Source of the DNA: Okamejei kenojei
Lineage: Eukaryota
DNA: 64,000 nucleotides
Assembly (NCBI GenBank): GCA_035221665.1
Contig: CM069144.1
Span: 29,078,001 to 29,142,000 of the forward strand
Direction of reading: 5' to 3'
Under the pieces are notes generated by a model. It saw only the letters and a list, made by a program, of their open reading frames with translations, searched no databases and was not told where the DNA came from. Of this stretch, positions 37,871-49,988 are shown piece after piece. The number at the start of each line of letters is the position of its first letter. Position 1 is the stretch's first letter. The position numbers and the translations under genes were made by a program.

Positions 37871-40407
37871 TATTTTACTTCGGAGTCACGTGAGTGACTA
37901 CGTGAAGAAGACCCGCCAGGCGCATGCGCGTCGTTACGTCCGCGCATGTCGCACTGAACGGGCTGGAGGGCACAGCTCCGCCAGTGGGTAAGTAGGAACT
38001 TCTAAGGTAAGTGTTTTTACAAACTTTCCTTAGAGGTATTTCCATTCCGTAAAGCTGGCTCGAGCAGTCAGTAGGCGTGGGCAGTTGGAGCTGTCATTTC
38101 GGAAGATCCGTTTTAGCGTGGGTCCAGGGATTCACCAAATTGATCGGGTCGGGAGATAAGAGCGGCAACGCCGGATCCGATGCCGGGTGCCGTTTTACCG
38201 GCAGCAGTTCAAATAGTGTGCTAAATTTCCACACTAGCTCCATTCACAAAAGGCAGGCCAACTGGAATTTGATTCAGAATGAGCCTGGTTCATCTATTTA
38301 TATCCAAGGGTACTAAGCAGACTGAGGCTGCTCCTAGTCATGAAAAGGCAAATATAAAGTCACAGACCTGGGTTCTCTGACCAATAGTTGCTCTTCCCCT
38401 GATCATACAAGACTGTGGGGGAGGTTGGGAACATGCAGCTGACGCTCCAACCTTCATTACATAAGGGTCCAAGGGCCAGTAATGTCCAAGAGGGCCATAC
38501 CAAGACCAACATATGGAGGGTCAATTATTGGGGTTCCTTCCAGCGCCTTGTTTAGGACTGGACGATGCCTCCCTACTATATGATGGGAGAAGCGGGCAGA
38601 TTGCAGCTGACCCTGATGCTGGTGTCCCTGCTTATGTGCAAACACCAGCGAGCACAAGAGCCACGCTCTGGGTGTCTCGGAAATGGCACGGAGTTGCTAT
38701 TCCGGAGGGGACTGGTGAGTCAATGGAGTATCAATTATGTAGTACCTCACCAGCTCCAGCAAGATATGATGCAAGTGACTGCAAACAAATATGAGACATC
38801 TGTTTAATGTGCATTACTGAAAGTGCCTATGGTGACCCATGTTCTGGGCACCCATGATTCCTTCTTTGATGGGACAGGAGGTTCGGTGTTAACACGTCCT
38901 CCAACTGATGGCTGCAGCAATTACTGCATTTGGCACTATGGTCCAAGGGACAATCATTCCTCAAACTCACACAGATATGTTGGGTATTTTATGCAATGCA
39001 TTTTTCAGGAAATTGCATCAGGGAATATCGCCATCAGGCCGACACTAAACCAAAAATTTGTTACTCTATGTAGGGCGACTGCTGTTCAAATGCCTGAAAT
39101 ATAGTTTAGAACGGACTTTGTCATGAACATTTGTGAAATTCATGATGAGGCCAAAGCAATTGGCTTCATGTAGTCAAGCATTTCGAGGCTACCTATTCGC
39201 AACCCTGGGTTAATAATGCAAGTCAGATCCAGGGGCTGAGTTCAGCAGGGGCAGGCCAGTGGGGCAACGAGGGTACCCACCGAGACAGACCGGCTACAAT
39301 CCCAATATGAGTAGACAACAGCTTTACAGGTCAACTGTAGAGGTACAGGGACTTTTCTTAACGATAAAGTTCTGGTGGCCAATCTCCTATTGGAGGTTGA
39401 TTACAAATGTTTTCTAATGAATGGTGCTGTATAATGTATGATATGTTTATACTAAATACTGTCTCAAGTCTCCCATTGAGTTTATCTCAGGGATAGATCC
39501 ACCTCAACAGCACAAGCCTAATAAAATGTGGGTGTTTTCTGCTCCAGAGCCTGAACATATAGATAATGGTCATTGATAAAGCCATTAATCATCCTCCACA
39601 ATTGTTTCTAATATTTCCCCAGATCTCAAAAAGATGGGTGTTGTAGAGTAATTTTCGTCCTCAATTACTTAAATTCGTTACTGCTTAACACCTGCTATCA
39701 CAGGGCTGTTATGTGGCAACTATTTGTTTGCAACATGTGTATTATTCACTGCCAATTCATGCTCATTATCGCAGGTACTTGAAATTTAATTGGATGGCAC
39801 AGCTGTGGCAATACAAAGCATTGACTCTTGGATTAAGTTCAGCACCCAGGCTATTTATTAAATTGTTAAAACCTGTGCTGGTGCTATTCAGCCCATCATC
39901 ACATTGTAATGGGTTATTTAGCTGATATCTTAATTATCAACAACACTAATGAGTCAGCTGACGAATCGGTGCTTGAGGCATTAGGGGTTGCTCCATCCAA
40001 CTAAGTTCAAGTTACAGCCAGCCCAAAATATTGAGTATTTGGGGTTTCTTATTAATTCCGTTGCTATAACAGTAACATTACCAACAGCCAAGGTTGTCGA
40101 TGATGATGATGTCTGTACTTGCCTCCCACAAATCTTTATCCCTCCATCTGAGAAGACGCTAAGGACATTGATAAATGGGGAGCAGGTTCGTGCAGTACAT
40201 TCGAGCCTTTGCATTATCAACATTTGCAGAGAGCACGTGAACTAGCACTAAAATCGAATGCAGGCTATTTTCATCGGGTTCACCGGTTACCAACCACAGC
40301 TCTCGCAGAATCCAGTGGTGCGTTGTTAATGTTAATCTAGCTACCAATAACATTTAGGGTACTAGACCCTTCACTAATCTTCCAGACTGATGTCAGCGCT
40401 CTCGGAT

Positions 40408-40442
<35 letters not shown>

Positions 40443-42710
40443 GGGGGCTACGGACACCGAGTATAGCTGTAGGGGGGTCACTTCATGAACACGAAGGGAT
40501 GATTCGCCTAACACATGGGATAAATTCTTTCGCATTATTGAGGGCATTTTATGGGTAAAGGCATATTGCTCCTCAATGAAGGATTTACACATTCAACTCC
40601 AGATTGATAACACCACAGCAGTGGCATATATTAATCATATGGGAGGAGTACGGTCATTATCATGTGTTAACTGGGTACCGTCATGTGGCATTGGTGTATG
40701 TCAAGGCATATCTGCGTTTCAGCCATTTATTCACCACCTATAGCTAATGTGGTGGCCGACCATAGGTCGAGTATGTTTCATGCCAATATAGAGTGGATGT
40801 TCAATTCTAAACTTTGTCACACAGTTGTCACTCGATTTGGGTTGCCAGCCATTGATCTGTTCCATCCAGATTACATCACCAGTTGCCTAAATATGTTTCA
40901 TGGGAGCCAGATCCAGGTGAAGTTGCCGTGGATGCAGTCTCGTTACATTGGGGGCACTAAAATCTTATGCAATTTCTCCACTTTTTTCATCCTGAACTGT
41001 CTCACCACAATTGAGCGAGTCTCCGCCACAGGTGTTTTGGTGGTTCGCAGATTACCCAACACAACCATGGTTCCCCTTCGTGTTTTCAATGATGGTTCAG
41101 TCATTCATGATAATTCCCAGCTGCAGTAATTCTTGGTGCAGCCGGTTACAGGAGAAAGTCACCCTTTACATGACCGTATTAATTGTTGGTCTGCAGGTTC
41201 TGACCAGACAATTCCAAGGTCTTGGATTGTTGAACAGGGCCATGGCGGTTCTCACTGCAGCTTGGCGAAATAGCACTCAAAACACACTATATGGTTCGCA
41301 TAAAGAAATGGGAACTGTTTCTATGAACAATCCAATATGTCATATCAATATGCAAGCATATGTGATGTGTTGGAGTTCCTTGCTAAGTTGCATTTTGATG
41401 AGCACCTGCGTTATAGTGACATTACCAGCGCTCGGAGTGTGTTGTCCTCTTATTGGATGTAGTCTTCAGAACAACATCCTATAGGGTCTCATCCGTTAGT
41501 ATCCCGATTTATGAGGAATTTTAATAAAAATCCTCCGAAACCTCGCTATACAGAAATCTGGGACATCACTCCTGTTCTCACAATGCTTCGGCAATGGGCT
41601 CCAATTATTTCATTATTTATGCAGAGATTAACTCTTGCTGTGGTTATGCTAATAGCGCTGGTTTCAGCACAACGTGTACAAACATTACAATTCTTACAAA
41701 TACCATGCATGCATTTGTCTGGAAATGACATTACCTTCTATGTTTATGATTTAATCAAACAAAGCAGGCCCGGTCTGGCTGGAATCAAGGTGACGTTTAA
41801 AGCCTATCTTGTTGACCAAATGTTATATGTAGTTACGCCATATAACTTAAGCCAATATATTAAGGTAACAAGGAGTCTCAGACGTTCTGAGACAGGACTG
41901 ATCATTAGTCACAAAAAGACATATACAAGAGTGTCAGCACAAACTATTTCTACATGCTTGAAACAGGTTTTCAATTATGCTGGAGTCGACATTTCTGTCT
42001 TTAACTTTCACTCCACCAGGGCGGCATCAATCTCCACGGCGAAGGCTCAGGACGTGCCGCTAGACTAAATCTTCGAGGCCGCAGGATGGTCTCGAGAAGC
42101 AACATTTTCTCAATTTTCTAACAAACCTGTACAGACCGTGCCACGGTTTGGGCATGCTGTTTTGGGTCACATTTAATTCATTTGCTTTATTTTCTATCAT
42201 TGTTTGTAATTTTCCCTGAGACAGAGGGGTTATTCCTGCTTTAGTATTATTAACAATAGTTATTGAATAATTCGAAGCAATGTTCAATATATTATTTATT
42301 CCCTACTGTGTCAACCGAAGCAGATTGTCGTATGGTGTGCATCGACGGCATGAAAATACAGAGCTTTGAAATCTTCACGTAGTCACTCACGTGACTCCGA
42401 AGTAAAATAGTAAGATTAAACGAGAACTTACCAGTTCGAAGTTTGATCCTTATTTTATGAGGAATGACGTTGAGGGATTACGTGCCCTCCGCTCCCACCC
42501 TCATAATCTAAGAGATCATCTGGTAGTTCTAGTCTTCTACGAGCCTTACTATGTTATTTTGGCTATTTGTTTTCTGTGTTTTCACGCCGCTGCTTTGAAG
42601 TATGACGCGCATGCGCCTGGCGGGTCTTCTTCACGTAATCCTTCAACGTCACTCCTCATAAAATAAGGATCAAACTTCGAACTGGTAAGTTCTCATTTAA
42701 TCTTACTATT
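37871..42710 (+). mobile_element. DIRS1-type tyrosine-recombinase retrotransposon, full-length but with decayed ORFs
   Basis: RT (RRYLKFNW...YKALTLGLSSAPRLFIKLLKPV), RNase H (LQTDVS..GWG; IDNTTAVAYINHMGG), methyltransferase-like region (PAIDLF; YPTQPWF), YR (VSAQRV...HSTRAAS...AAGWS); ITRs 37899-37932 / 42604-42637; ICR 42372-42484. Confidence 0.93.
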
Positions 42711-45149
42711 AAACCAGCAAGCATTTTAAAAACGTAAAATTCCAAGGCGGTTTGTTGCAATCTGTTTCGTGTATTGTATGTGGAATGGATGAGTGCCTTG
42801 CTACCGTTTATCATTACCAAAGGATGACATAAGCCCTGTTAACATCACGAGATTTTGCTGACACAAAAATACATTTACACATGATTAGCCTATTTAGCAC
42901 TATTTCTTGCGGAACCCCTAGAGAACCCTAGTGTTCCGGAGAATCCCAGTCGGTTGAGAAACTCTGGTCTAGAACCTAGAGGTGCCTGCTACTAGGCCTA
43001 CTCATACTCAAAAGCTGAAACGGGATTTCTCCGACTCCGGACACCTCTAGCTCTTCCTGAAGATTGCATCATCAATTAATTATTTTCAGAGTCTGAGTGA
43101 GCTGACCATGCATGCGGCTGTGACTCCACTGTGCGTGGTCGGATGGGAACTGATTGCGGCTTGCTAATGTCTGTTGCTGGCTAAGGTAAAAATACATGTT
43201 TGACAAAACATGGGGAGGATTATCCCCCACCCCTCAAAACATGGAGGCGCGCACCACCCCCGCCCCCCCCCCCCCCAGGGGTTTCCACCCATGCCACGCA
43301 ACTGTTAGAATTGTAGTAATTTACATGGTAAGAGGAGACAGTTTAGGCTTCCACACCACGTCCTCAAAAATTTAAATTGTTAGTTGGACGTAAATTGAAT
43401 TGAGCAAATCCAAAATTAATTTCCTTTGATTAACCTGTGCCTCTATGAATACTGATTGATGCCCTCCCTTTGATTATCTTGCAACAGCTTCCCCATCACT
43501 GTTTTAAGGTTGTTTTTTTTGCAGTTCTCCTTTTCTCCATTTATAAACAATTGTACCATAATAGAAACATCACAACTGTAGCCAAAGAGCATCACAAAAT
43601 GATGGAGCCTATGGCATCTCCACCATCCTCTTGCATTTTATCAAAGCCTGGATATCCATCTACTTTCAAAGATGTTAGATCCTTTAATTCAACTTTAGAA
43701 TGTTTATCACCATAACCTTAATTATAATAGCAATATCTTGCTCCTCATTTGGAAATTTACATATCCTCTGTCTTGAATTTTAAATTACCATTTCAATCTC
43801 TAAGAGGAGGTGCTCTTTTCTTTTCACATTTACAGAGTATGTTGGAGATTTCCTTGATCCTCTCTATTTTATTTAATGTACCATATTTTCTAATTATTTC
43901 ACTTCTCATTCTATATACGTGTGATTTTGCAGTGTTGAATTCCTTGTATTTGTCATACATTTTTGCATTATTCTCCTCTGTATAGTCCTTGACATTTTTG
44001 GGTGAAGAGAAGCAGGAGTTCCCTCTTTTCATGGGATCTATTTGTCCTGAATGTTCACATCTTTGTCCTGTGTGCCACTCACTGCTCTGACTCTAGTTAA
44101 TTTCAAGTAGCCATTTCCAGTTTAAACTTTAGTTTGAATTTGTGTTTACTGCATCTGTGCTTAAAGAAACCTTGGTTTAGATCACTATTGCTACTGCATC
44201 TTCAGCATGATTGTGTACTTAATTGAGGAGAGGTTAGATTAGGTGGCTTGTAATTCCTTCAAAAAATATTTTAAGAACTCTAGCAGTCAGTTTTTTCACT
44301 GCATTAATATTTTTCTCAGATTATATATAAAGTAGAAATTTACACTTGTTGGGAAATCTATTGAAACCACATGTTCCGGGCAATTTCATCAATCAATCAT
44401 AAATGGGGAAAGACTTTCATCATTTATTTGCTCCTCTAGTTAAACATGAACTTGAATCATTTTTTGTTAATAAGTACCTCCAAGTTCAAATGATCTTTGA
44501 CCATATTGAGCAGAAATGACCAGGTTCTTATTTGACTATCCTTTTCCAAATCATATGTAGTAATATTTCATCTTTTGCAACAGCTTTAATTTAATTTGTT
44601 CGAAAGATTATATTGTTACCCACTCAAGCAGTATAGTACAATTTTGAAGCTTAAGTTGATTAAAACATCTTAGCAACAAGTTTGACTAACCTTTACAAAT
44701 ACATTGAATGTTCAAACTTAATAATATTTGCTTTAACACAAACTATTATGTCGAATAAACGCTCAAGCTTTGTCATAATGTAATAACTGCTTTTATTTCA
44801 CACACCTGACTATTTACAGTGTTTAAAATACAACAGGGGACAGAGAATATCCATTCATGACATTGTATCTTATCCAACATAGATCGCCCACAACGACAGA
44901 TAAATCTGTATCAAGAGCAGAGTTGGTGAGAGCTGATTACATGGATACATGAAGAAAGCATTAGGAGGCAGTTATGATTTGTGATATCTTAATTTGGGGA
45001 TTGAAGTGCACCATGGATCAAAGGAAATTGTGACACCATTTTCTATCCAGTACCAGAGAGGACCACTGACATGGTGGAACCTTACATTTGAGGACTTTTA
45101 AGAAAGTCCTTTTTTTTCTTACCACAACTATCTCTGTGGTTGTATAAAT

Positions 45150-45440
45150 GAACCATAGAGTGATGATATTGGGAGATTCCTATAACCCAAATATCTACTG
45201 GGATAGTATTAAAGGAAATGGAGGGGAAGTAATTCGCAAAATGAGTTCAGAACATCCTTGACCAGCATAGGAAGGATGCGTAGCTCTATCTGGTACTAGA
45301 AAATTAAGGTGTCATATGAAATCACTTCAGTGTAACTGGTCATAATATAAAGGTTTAAGTTAGTAATAAAGAGGAGCAAGTGACAATTTAAATCAGAACA
45401 CAAACTGGAAGAGAGTTAACTTCAGTGTAATGAGAGAGGA
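45150..45440 (+). mobile_element. CR1 endonuclease-region relic
   Basis: gtgatgatattgggagattcctataacccaaatatctactgg resembles the VxxGDFNxPxIxW APE motif. Confidence 0.45.
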
Positions 45441-45442
45441 CT

Positions 45443-45810
45443 GAGACAATAGACAATAGGTGCAGGAGTAGGCCATTCGGCGTTTAGAGCCAGCACTGCC
45501 ATTCAACGTGAACATGGCTGATCATCCCCAATAAGTACCCCGTTCCTGCCTTCTCCCCATATCCCCTGACTCCGCTATATTTAAGAGCCCTATCTAGCTC
45601 TCTCTTGAAATCATCCAGATAACCTGCCTCCACCACCCTCTGAGGCAGAGAATTCCACAGACTCTTTGTGAGAAAAAGTGTTTCCTCAGCTCCGTTCTAA
45701 ATGGCGTACTCCTTATTCTTAAACTGTGGCCTCTGGTTCTGGACTCTTCCCAACATCGGGAGCATGTTTCCTGCCTCTAGCGTGTCCAAACCCTCAACAA
45801 TCTTATATTT
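45443..45810 (-). mobile_element. CR1/HER1-like LINE 3' fragment
   Basis: Reverse complement of the family at 32.0-32.4 kb. Confidence 0.85.
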
Positions 45811-46079
45811 CAGGAGAAACTGGGATCCAACGGTTGACAGGAAAATCTTAAACAGAACAATGGGAGACCCTTAAGGGAACATTTCATCACAGGGTAGGTA
45901 AAATTCACAAGAAGGAAATAGAGAAAGCCAAGGAACCAATACCAATGGTATCGGGTTTGTCTGGTTACAACTTTGGGACAGCCAAGTAACATGCTAACAT
46001 TTACAAGCACCAGCCATCACAAACTATGTAGTAATAAAAAGAATGGGTCTAAATCTGCTCCATCATGGGAAAGAGCTTC

Positions 46080-46830
46080 TCAGTGTGATTCTGCTCAAAT
46101 ATGTGTAAACCGTTCATGAAAGGGTGCAGGCTTCAGGCAGCTCCACTGCAGCCTCAAGTGCGAGGGAAATGTGCCATAGTACCAGCCGGACGATCCCACA
46201 TTAAACGCAATGAGATGTCATTAAGTCAGATAATACTGTAACTCCTGTCGGGCCCACGATGGTAAGGGCCTCCCTCTCTGCGACAGCATACCTCATCTCA
46301 GGCAAAGTTAATTTCTGACTGATGAAAACCACCAGGTGCTCTTCTCCAAAGTCCTGAGAGAGGACGGCTCATAGCCCCGTCTCAGAAGGATCCATCCACA
46401 CAATGAAAGATCTATTGAGGTCAGGGTTGTGCCGCACGGGCTCACTGGTGTGGGCCGTTTTTAACTTCTGGAAGGCTCTTCTGCCTCTGTTCACTGTATT
46501 TTCTCCGGTTGGCCCTTCCTGGTTAGCTCTGAGAGTGGGACAGCCAGTGAAAAAAGAGGGATAAAACAACGATAATAGCCAGCTAACCCCAAGGTGGCAT
46601 GTATCTGCGTCTTGCTGGTGGGCCGGGGAATGTCCCAGCAACGATGAAATGCTCTTGTGGTTCAAGTAGGCCTTGGCTGATGCGATATTCTAGGTACTGT
46701 ACCTCCGACTGTCCGATGCTGCACATTTTTGGGTTGATTATGAGCCTGGCCTGCAGTAAAGCCTGTCGTACACCCCAGAGGTAGAGCAGGTGTTCTTCCC
46801 AATCCTCCCAGTGGACGTTCCAAACCTCCC
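46080..46830 (-). mobile_element. Gypsy pol (RT-RNase H) relic
   Basis: WEEHLLYLWGVRQALLQARLIINPKMC; FQKLKTAHTSEPVRHNPDLNRSFIVWMDPSETGL.AVLSQD. Confidence 0.65.
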
Positions 46831-48537
46831 AGTAAAGAATGTCACTACATAGCTGATAACATTATGTTTCATTTGACCATTTAATATCACTGTTGAAAGA
46901 TTTATTAAAAAACATTTAATTTTTTAAATATCTTTATTTATTAGAGATACCGTAAGTTACGTCAGTGTACATCCCTTATATAGTATTACAATCATTGTAC
47001 CCCTTAATTTTTTTTAAGGTCAGGGGAAGAGAGAAAATAAGATAAATAACAGCAAAGAAAGAGAAGAGTGAAAAAGAGATGTGAAAGTGAAAAAGCATGA
47101 GGGAAAGGAAACCCTTGAAGAGTTAGGGACCAGAGATTAAGAGATAGACCCTGGAGTGGAAATAAAAGAAAAAGGGAAAGAAAGAGAAGGAAAGAAGAAA
47201 AGCCAGTTACCTTATTATTAACATCTCGCAAAAGGAGTCTACCAACAAATTTATTTCATCATATCAGTTCTTATTTACTGTTTGTGTAGGAAATGATGAT
47301 CCAAAATAAAAACTAATCCATTTAGCCCTTGGTTTTAAGATAGTGTAGTTATTTGGATTATTCCTAATCAGAAAGGATAGCATTATACATTGTGGCATTA
47401 GGGATACCACCAGATCAGCAATAACTATACTGGCAATCGTAGGAAGATTAACTTACATGATAGGCTTTTTTTTCCAATGTCAAACAATAGTATTTATAAG
47501 GTCCAGGCCCATTCGAGGGTGCATTCCCTCATTGTCAGCGAGGAGATACAGGTAACTTGGATTAATCCCAACAGCTTCCCCTGACCTTAAGAGGAAGTGC
47601 CGGCAGTCTCAGGTTTGTCTGGATGGTTTTGTTCTGAGCCAGGAAAAACGGAAGCACGGTTAACAGTGGATTTTCCACTCTCTCTTTTTACTGACCTCCT
47701 TTTCCCTCTGGCTGGAGCTTGTAGGTTTATAAGGAGCAGGACAGACAAGGTGCACGTGATTTGATCTGATAGCCACAAACTGGAACATGCTGTGGTTCGT
47801 TTGCCCGTGTCCTCAGTTTACTCCAGGTTGCTGGTGCTTTCCAGTAGCCAAGCATTGTTTGCGGTGCTTATCGTAGGCTTCCTCTGGCCCGTCCACGAGT
47901 GATGGGGTTTGGAGGGGGCCCTAAGGGAGGACGTGTCATCACAACATGTATTGGAAAAATCACACAAAGTCATTCAACATAATACTTTTCCTGAATAAAT
48001 CACTGATGCAGTTCAGTTTCTGTATCTTTGTGATCACTTGATGATATGCTGGACTCACCAACTCCAATTGTGCCCATTCATATTGCAGGTAGGTGCTGAT
48101 GAACAGTGACTGCAGTATCTATTAAAACTATTCAATAAATATGCAGTAATTGTTGAATACAGCTTCTCTTTAGCAAGCAATATCACGTTTAATGTGCATG
48201 AATTCCTGAATGTCACAGATCACTAAAAGATTAATATATCCCCTGATAAGGGAGGTAATACTTCAGAGAAGAGACCCACATGATAACATATCCAAGCAAG
48301 TAAATTCTTATTGATATTGTGACATTCTACAGAAACCTCTTTTCCATGTTAAACATTGCACTAAGTGATATGTTTATTTCTCCATGAAGTTGTCATCTGA
48401 GAAACTCGACTGTTTACAAGGCTTCATGAGGATTTTTTGAAATTCATCAATGTGTTTGGAGATGCCACCCTTCAGCTTTATGCAGTTTTCAGAACTTATG
48501 CAGTTCTAGTTGTTGGGATCTTGCAGGTGATCCAACC

Positions 48538-49988
48538 TGTAAATGAAAACTTTACAAGCTCTTAAGTGTACAACATCTTTTAATGATAGCACTGGGTATT
48601 ACATACACCTTCAAGCACCGGCTACATTTTTCTACTGAGGGGAAGGCGTTATGATTGATGTTAACTGGGCGGGGTTAATGGGAGTGAGGTAACTATATTA
48701 TTGGTTGCATATAAACCATCTACATCCTTCCCCTTAGAAATCAAAAAAACAGATTGTTGTCACGACAACCGAATTAAACAGCAGAATTAAACGAAATCGC
48801 CGTAGCGAACAGGCGGCTTACTGATCCTGCCCGAGCGCGTACGGATGTCTCCCCCTCCCCCCGAAAGAGCAGAAGAAGCAGGAGGACGCAAGGCAGCCGG
48901 GGAACCAGGGAATGGCATTGGGGTGGGAGAAACAGGAGAGGGAGAACCGCGATCGGCAACAGGGGACCCGCGCAGAGGGGAACCAGGCGCCCGCGACGGG
49001 GACCGAGGCATGCAGGGAACACCAGCCGGGGCGGCAGCCGGCTGCTGATAGGAGAGTGGCCCAGGGGGCTGCGGCTGTGGCTCATTAACCGCAAGCAGGT
49101 GTTGTCGGCTTCTTCGGTAGATGGAACCCTCACAGTCGACCAGATACGAACGAGGTGAGTCGGCCACCCCAACCACGGTGGCCAGACGGTAGTGCCCACT
49201 GGCGGTCTGCAAACGAACAACCTGTCCGGGCAACAGAGGATCGAGTGGTCTGCACGACCGATCGTGGGAACGCCGCTGGCTGTCATGTTTCTCTTGAATT
49301 CGCCGCTGCACGGAGGCGGGCTCCAGCACCCGAGGTTTCAGCTGGCGCTGGGCAATCGGGACGGTGGATCTGGTAGTTCTGGACATCAGACGCTGAGCAG
49401 GGGACCCCATGGCCGGATCCCTGGAAACATTCCTGAGGTTCAGGAGATCCAAATACAAATCAGAATTGGATAGTCGCGCCTGTTCCATCAGAAGCTTGTA
49501 TGAAGGTGTATGTAATTACAGTTCGGGCATCTTTTTCATGGCATCAGGTCCGACAAGGTTGAGGAGGAGGGAAGCTTTAAGGGAGTCAGGATCAGCGCGG
49601 TGTGCGACGTTGACAAAGTGTGTGAAATCAAATTCAAACGTGGCCCAGCGCTCAGAGATGTCAGCATCAAAGACAAGCTGCTCGGGCTTTCTGCAAGAGG
49701 ACGCCATGGCCAAAGAGATCAAAGCACAAAAAACACAAATCAAAAAAAAGAAATAAAAACCGATAAACAGGAGACGCAAGTATCTTCCAGCTTCGACACC
49801 ATGTAAATGAAAACTTTACAAGCTCTTAAGTGTACAACATCTTTTAATGATAGCACTGGGTATTACATACACCTTCAAGCACCGGCTACATTTTTCTACT
49901 GAGGGGAAGGCGTTATGATTGATGTTAACTGGGCGGGGTTAATGGGAGTGAGGTAACTATATTATTGGTTGCATATAAACCATCTACA
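48538..49988 (-). mobile_element. Internally deleted Gypsy (Mag-like) LTR retrotransposon with identical 187-bp LTRs
   Basis: LTRs 48538-48724 and 49802-49988 (TG...CA, identical by eye); TSD CAACC; PBS tggtgtcgaag; PPT gggaagga; gag start (MASSCRKPEQL...ERW) next to the integrase C-terminus (SPAQRLMSR...PRSYLV...TRSGRISKPP). Confidence 0.93.

Larger units (their letters stand above)
36614..43295. mobile_element. DNA transposon shell with 6-bp TSD containing nested insertions
   Basis: TIRs gacatggatggaaa / tttccacccatgcc; ACGCAA immediately outside both ends; aaaacatgg subterminal motifs at 36637, 43205 and 43237. Confidence 0.6.

Noticed and set aside
43440-44800. AT-rich minus-strand ORF 43793-44032, possibly an L1 ORF1 relic
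   Set aside because: The similarity is too weak to call without an alignment.
47500-47946. Possible LTR of the Gypsy relic at 46.1-46.8 kb
   Set aside because: Only one plausible terminus was seen, with no partner LTR or TSD.
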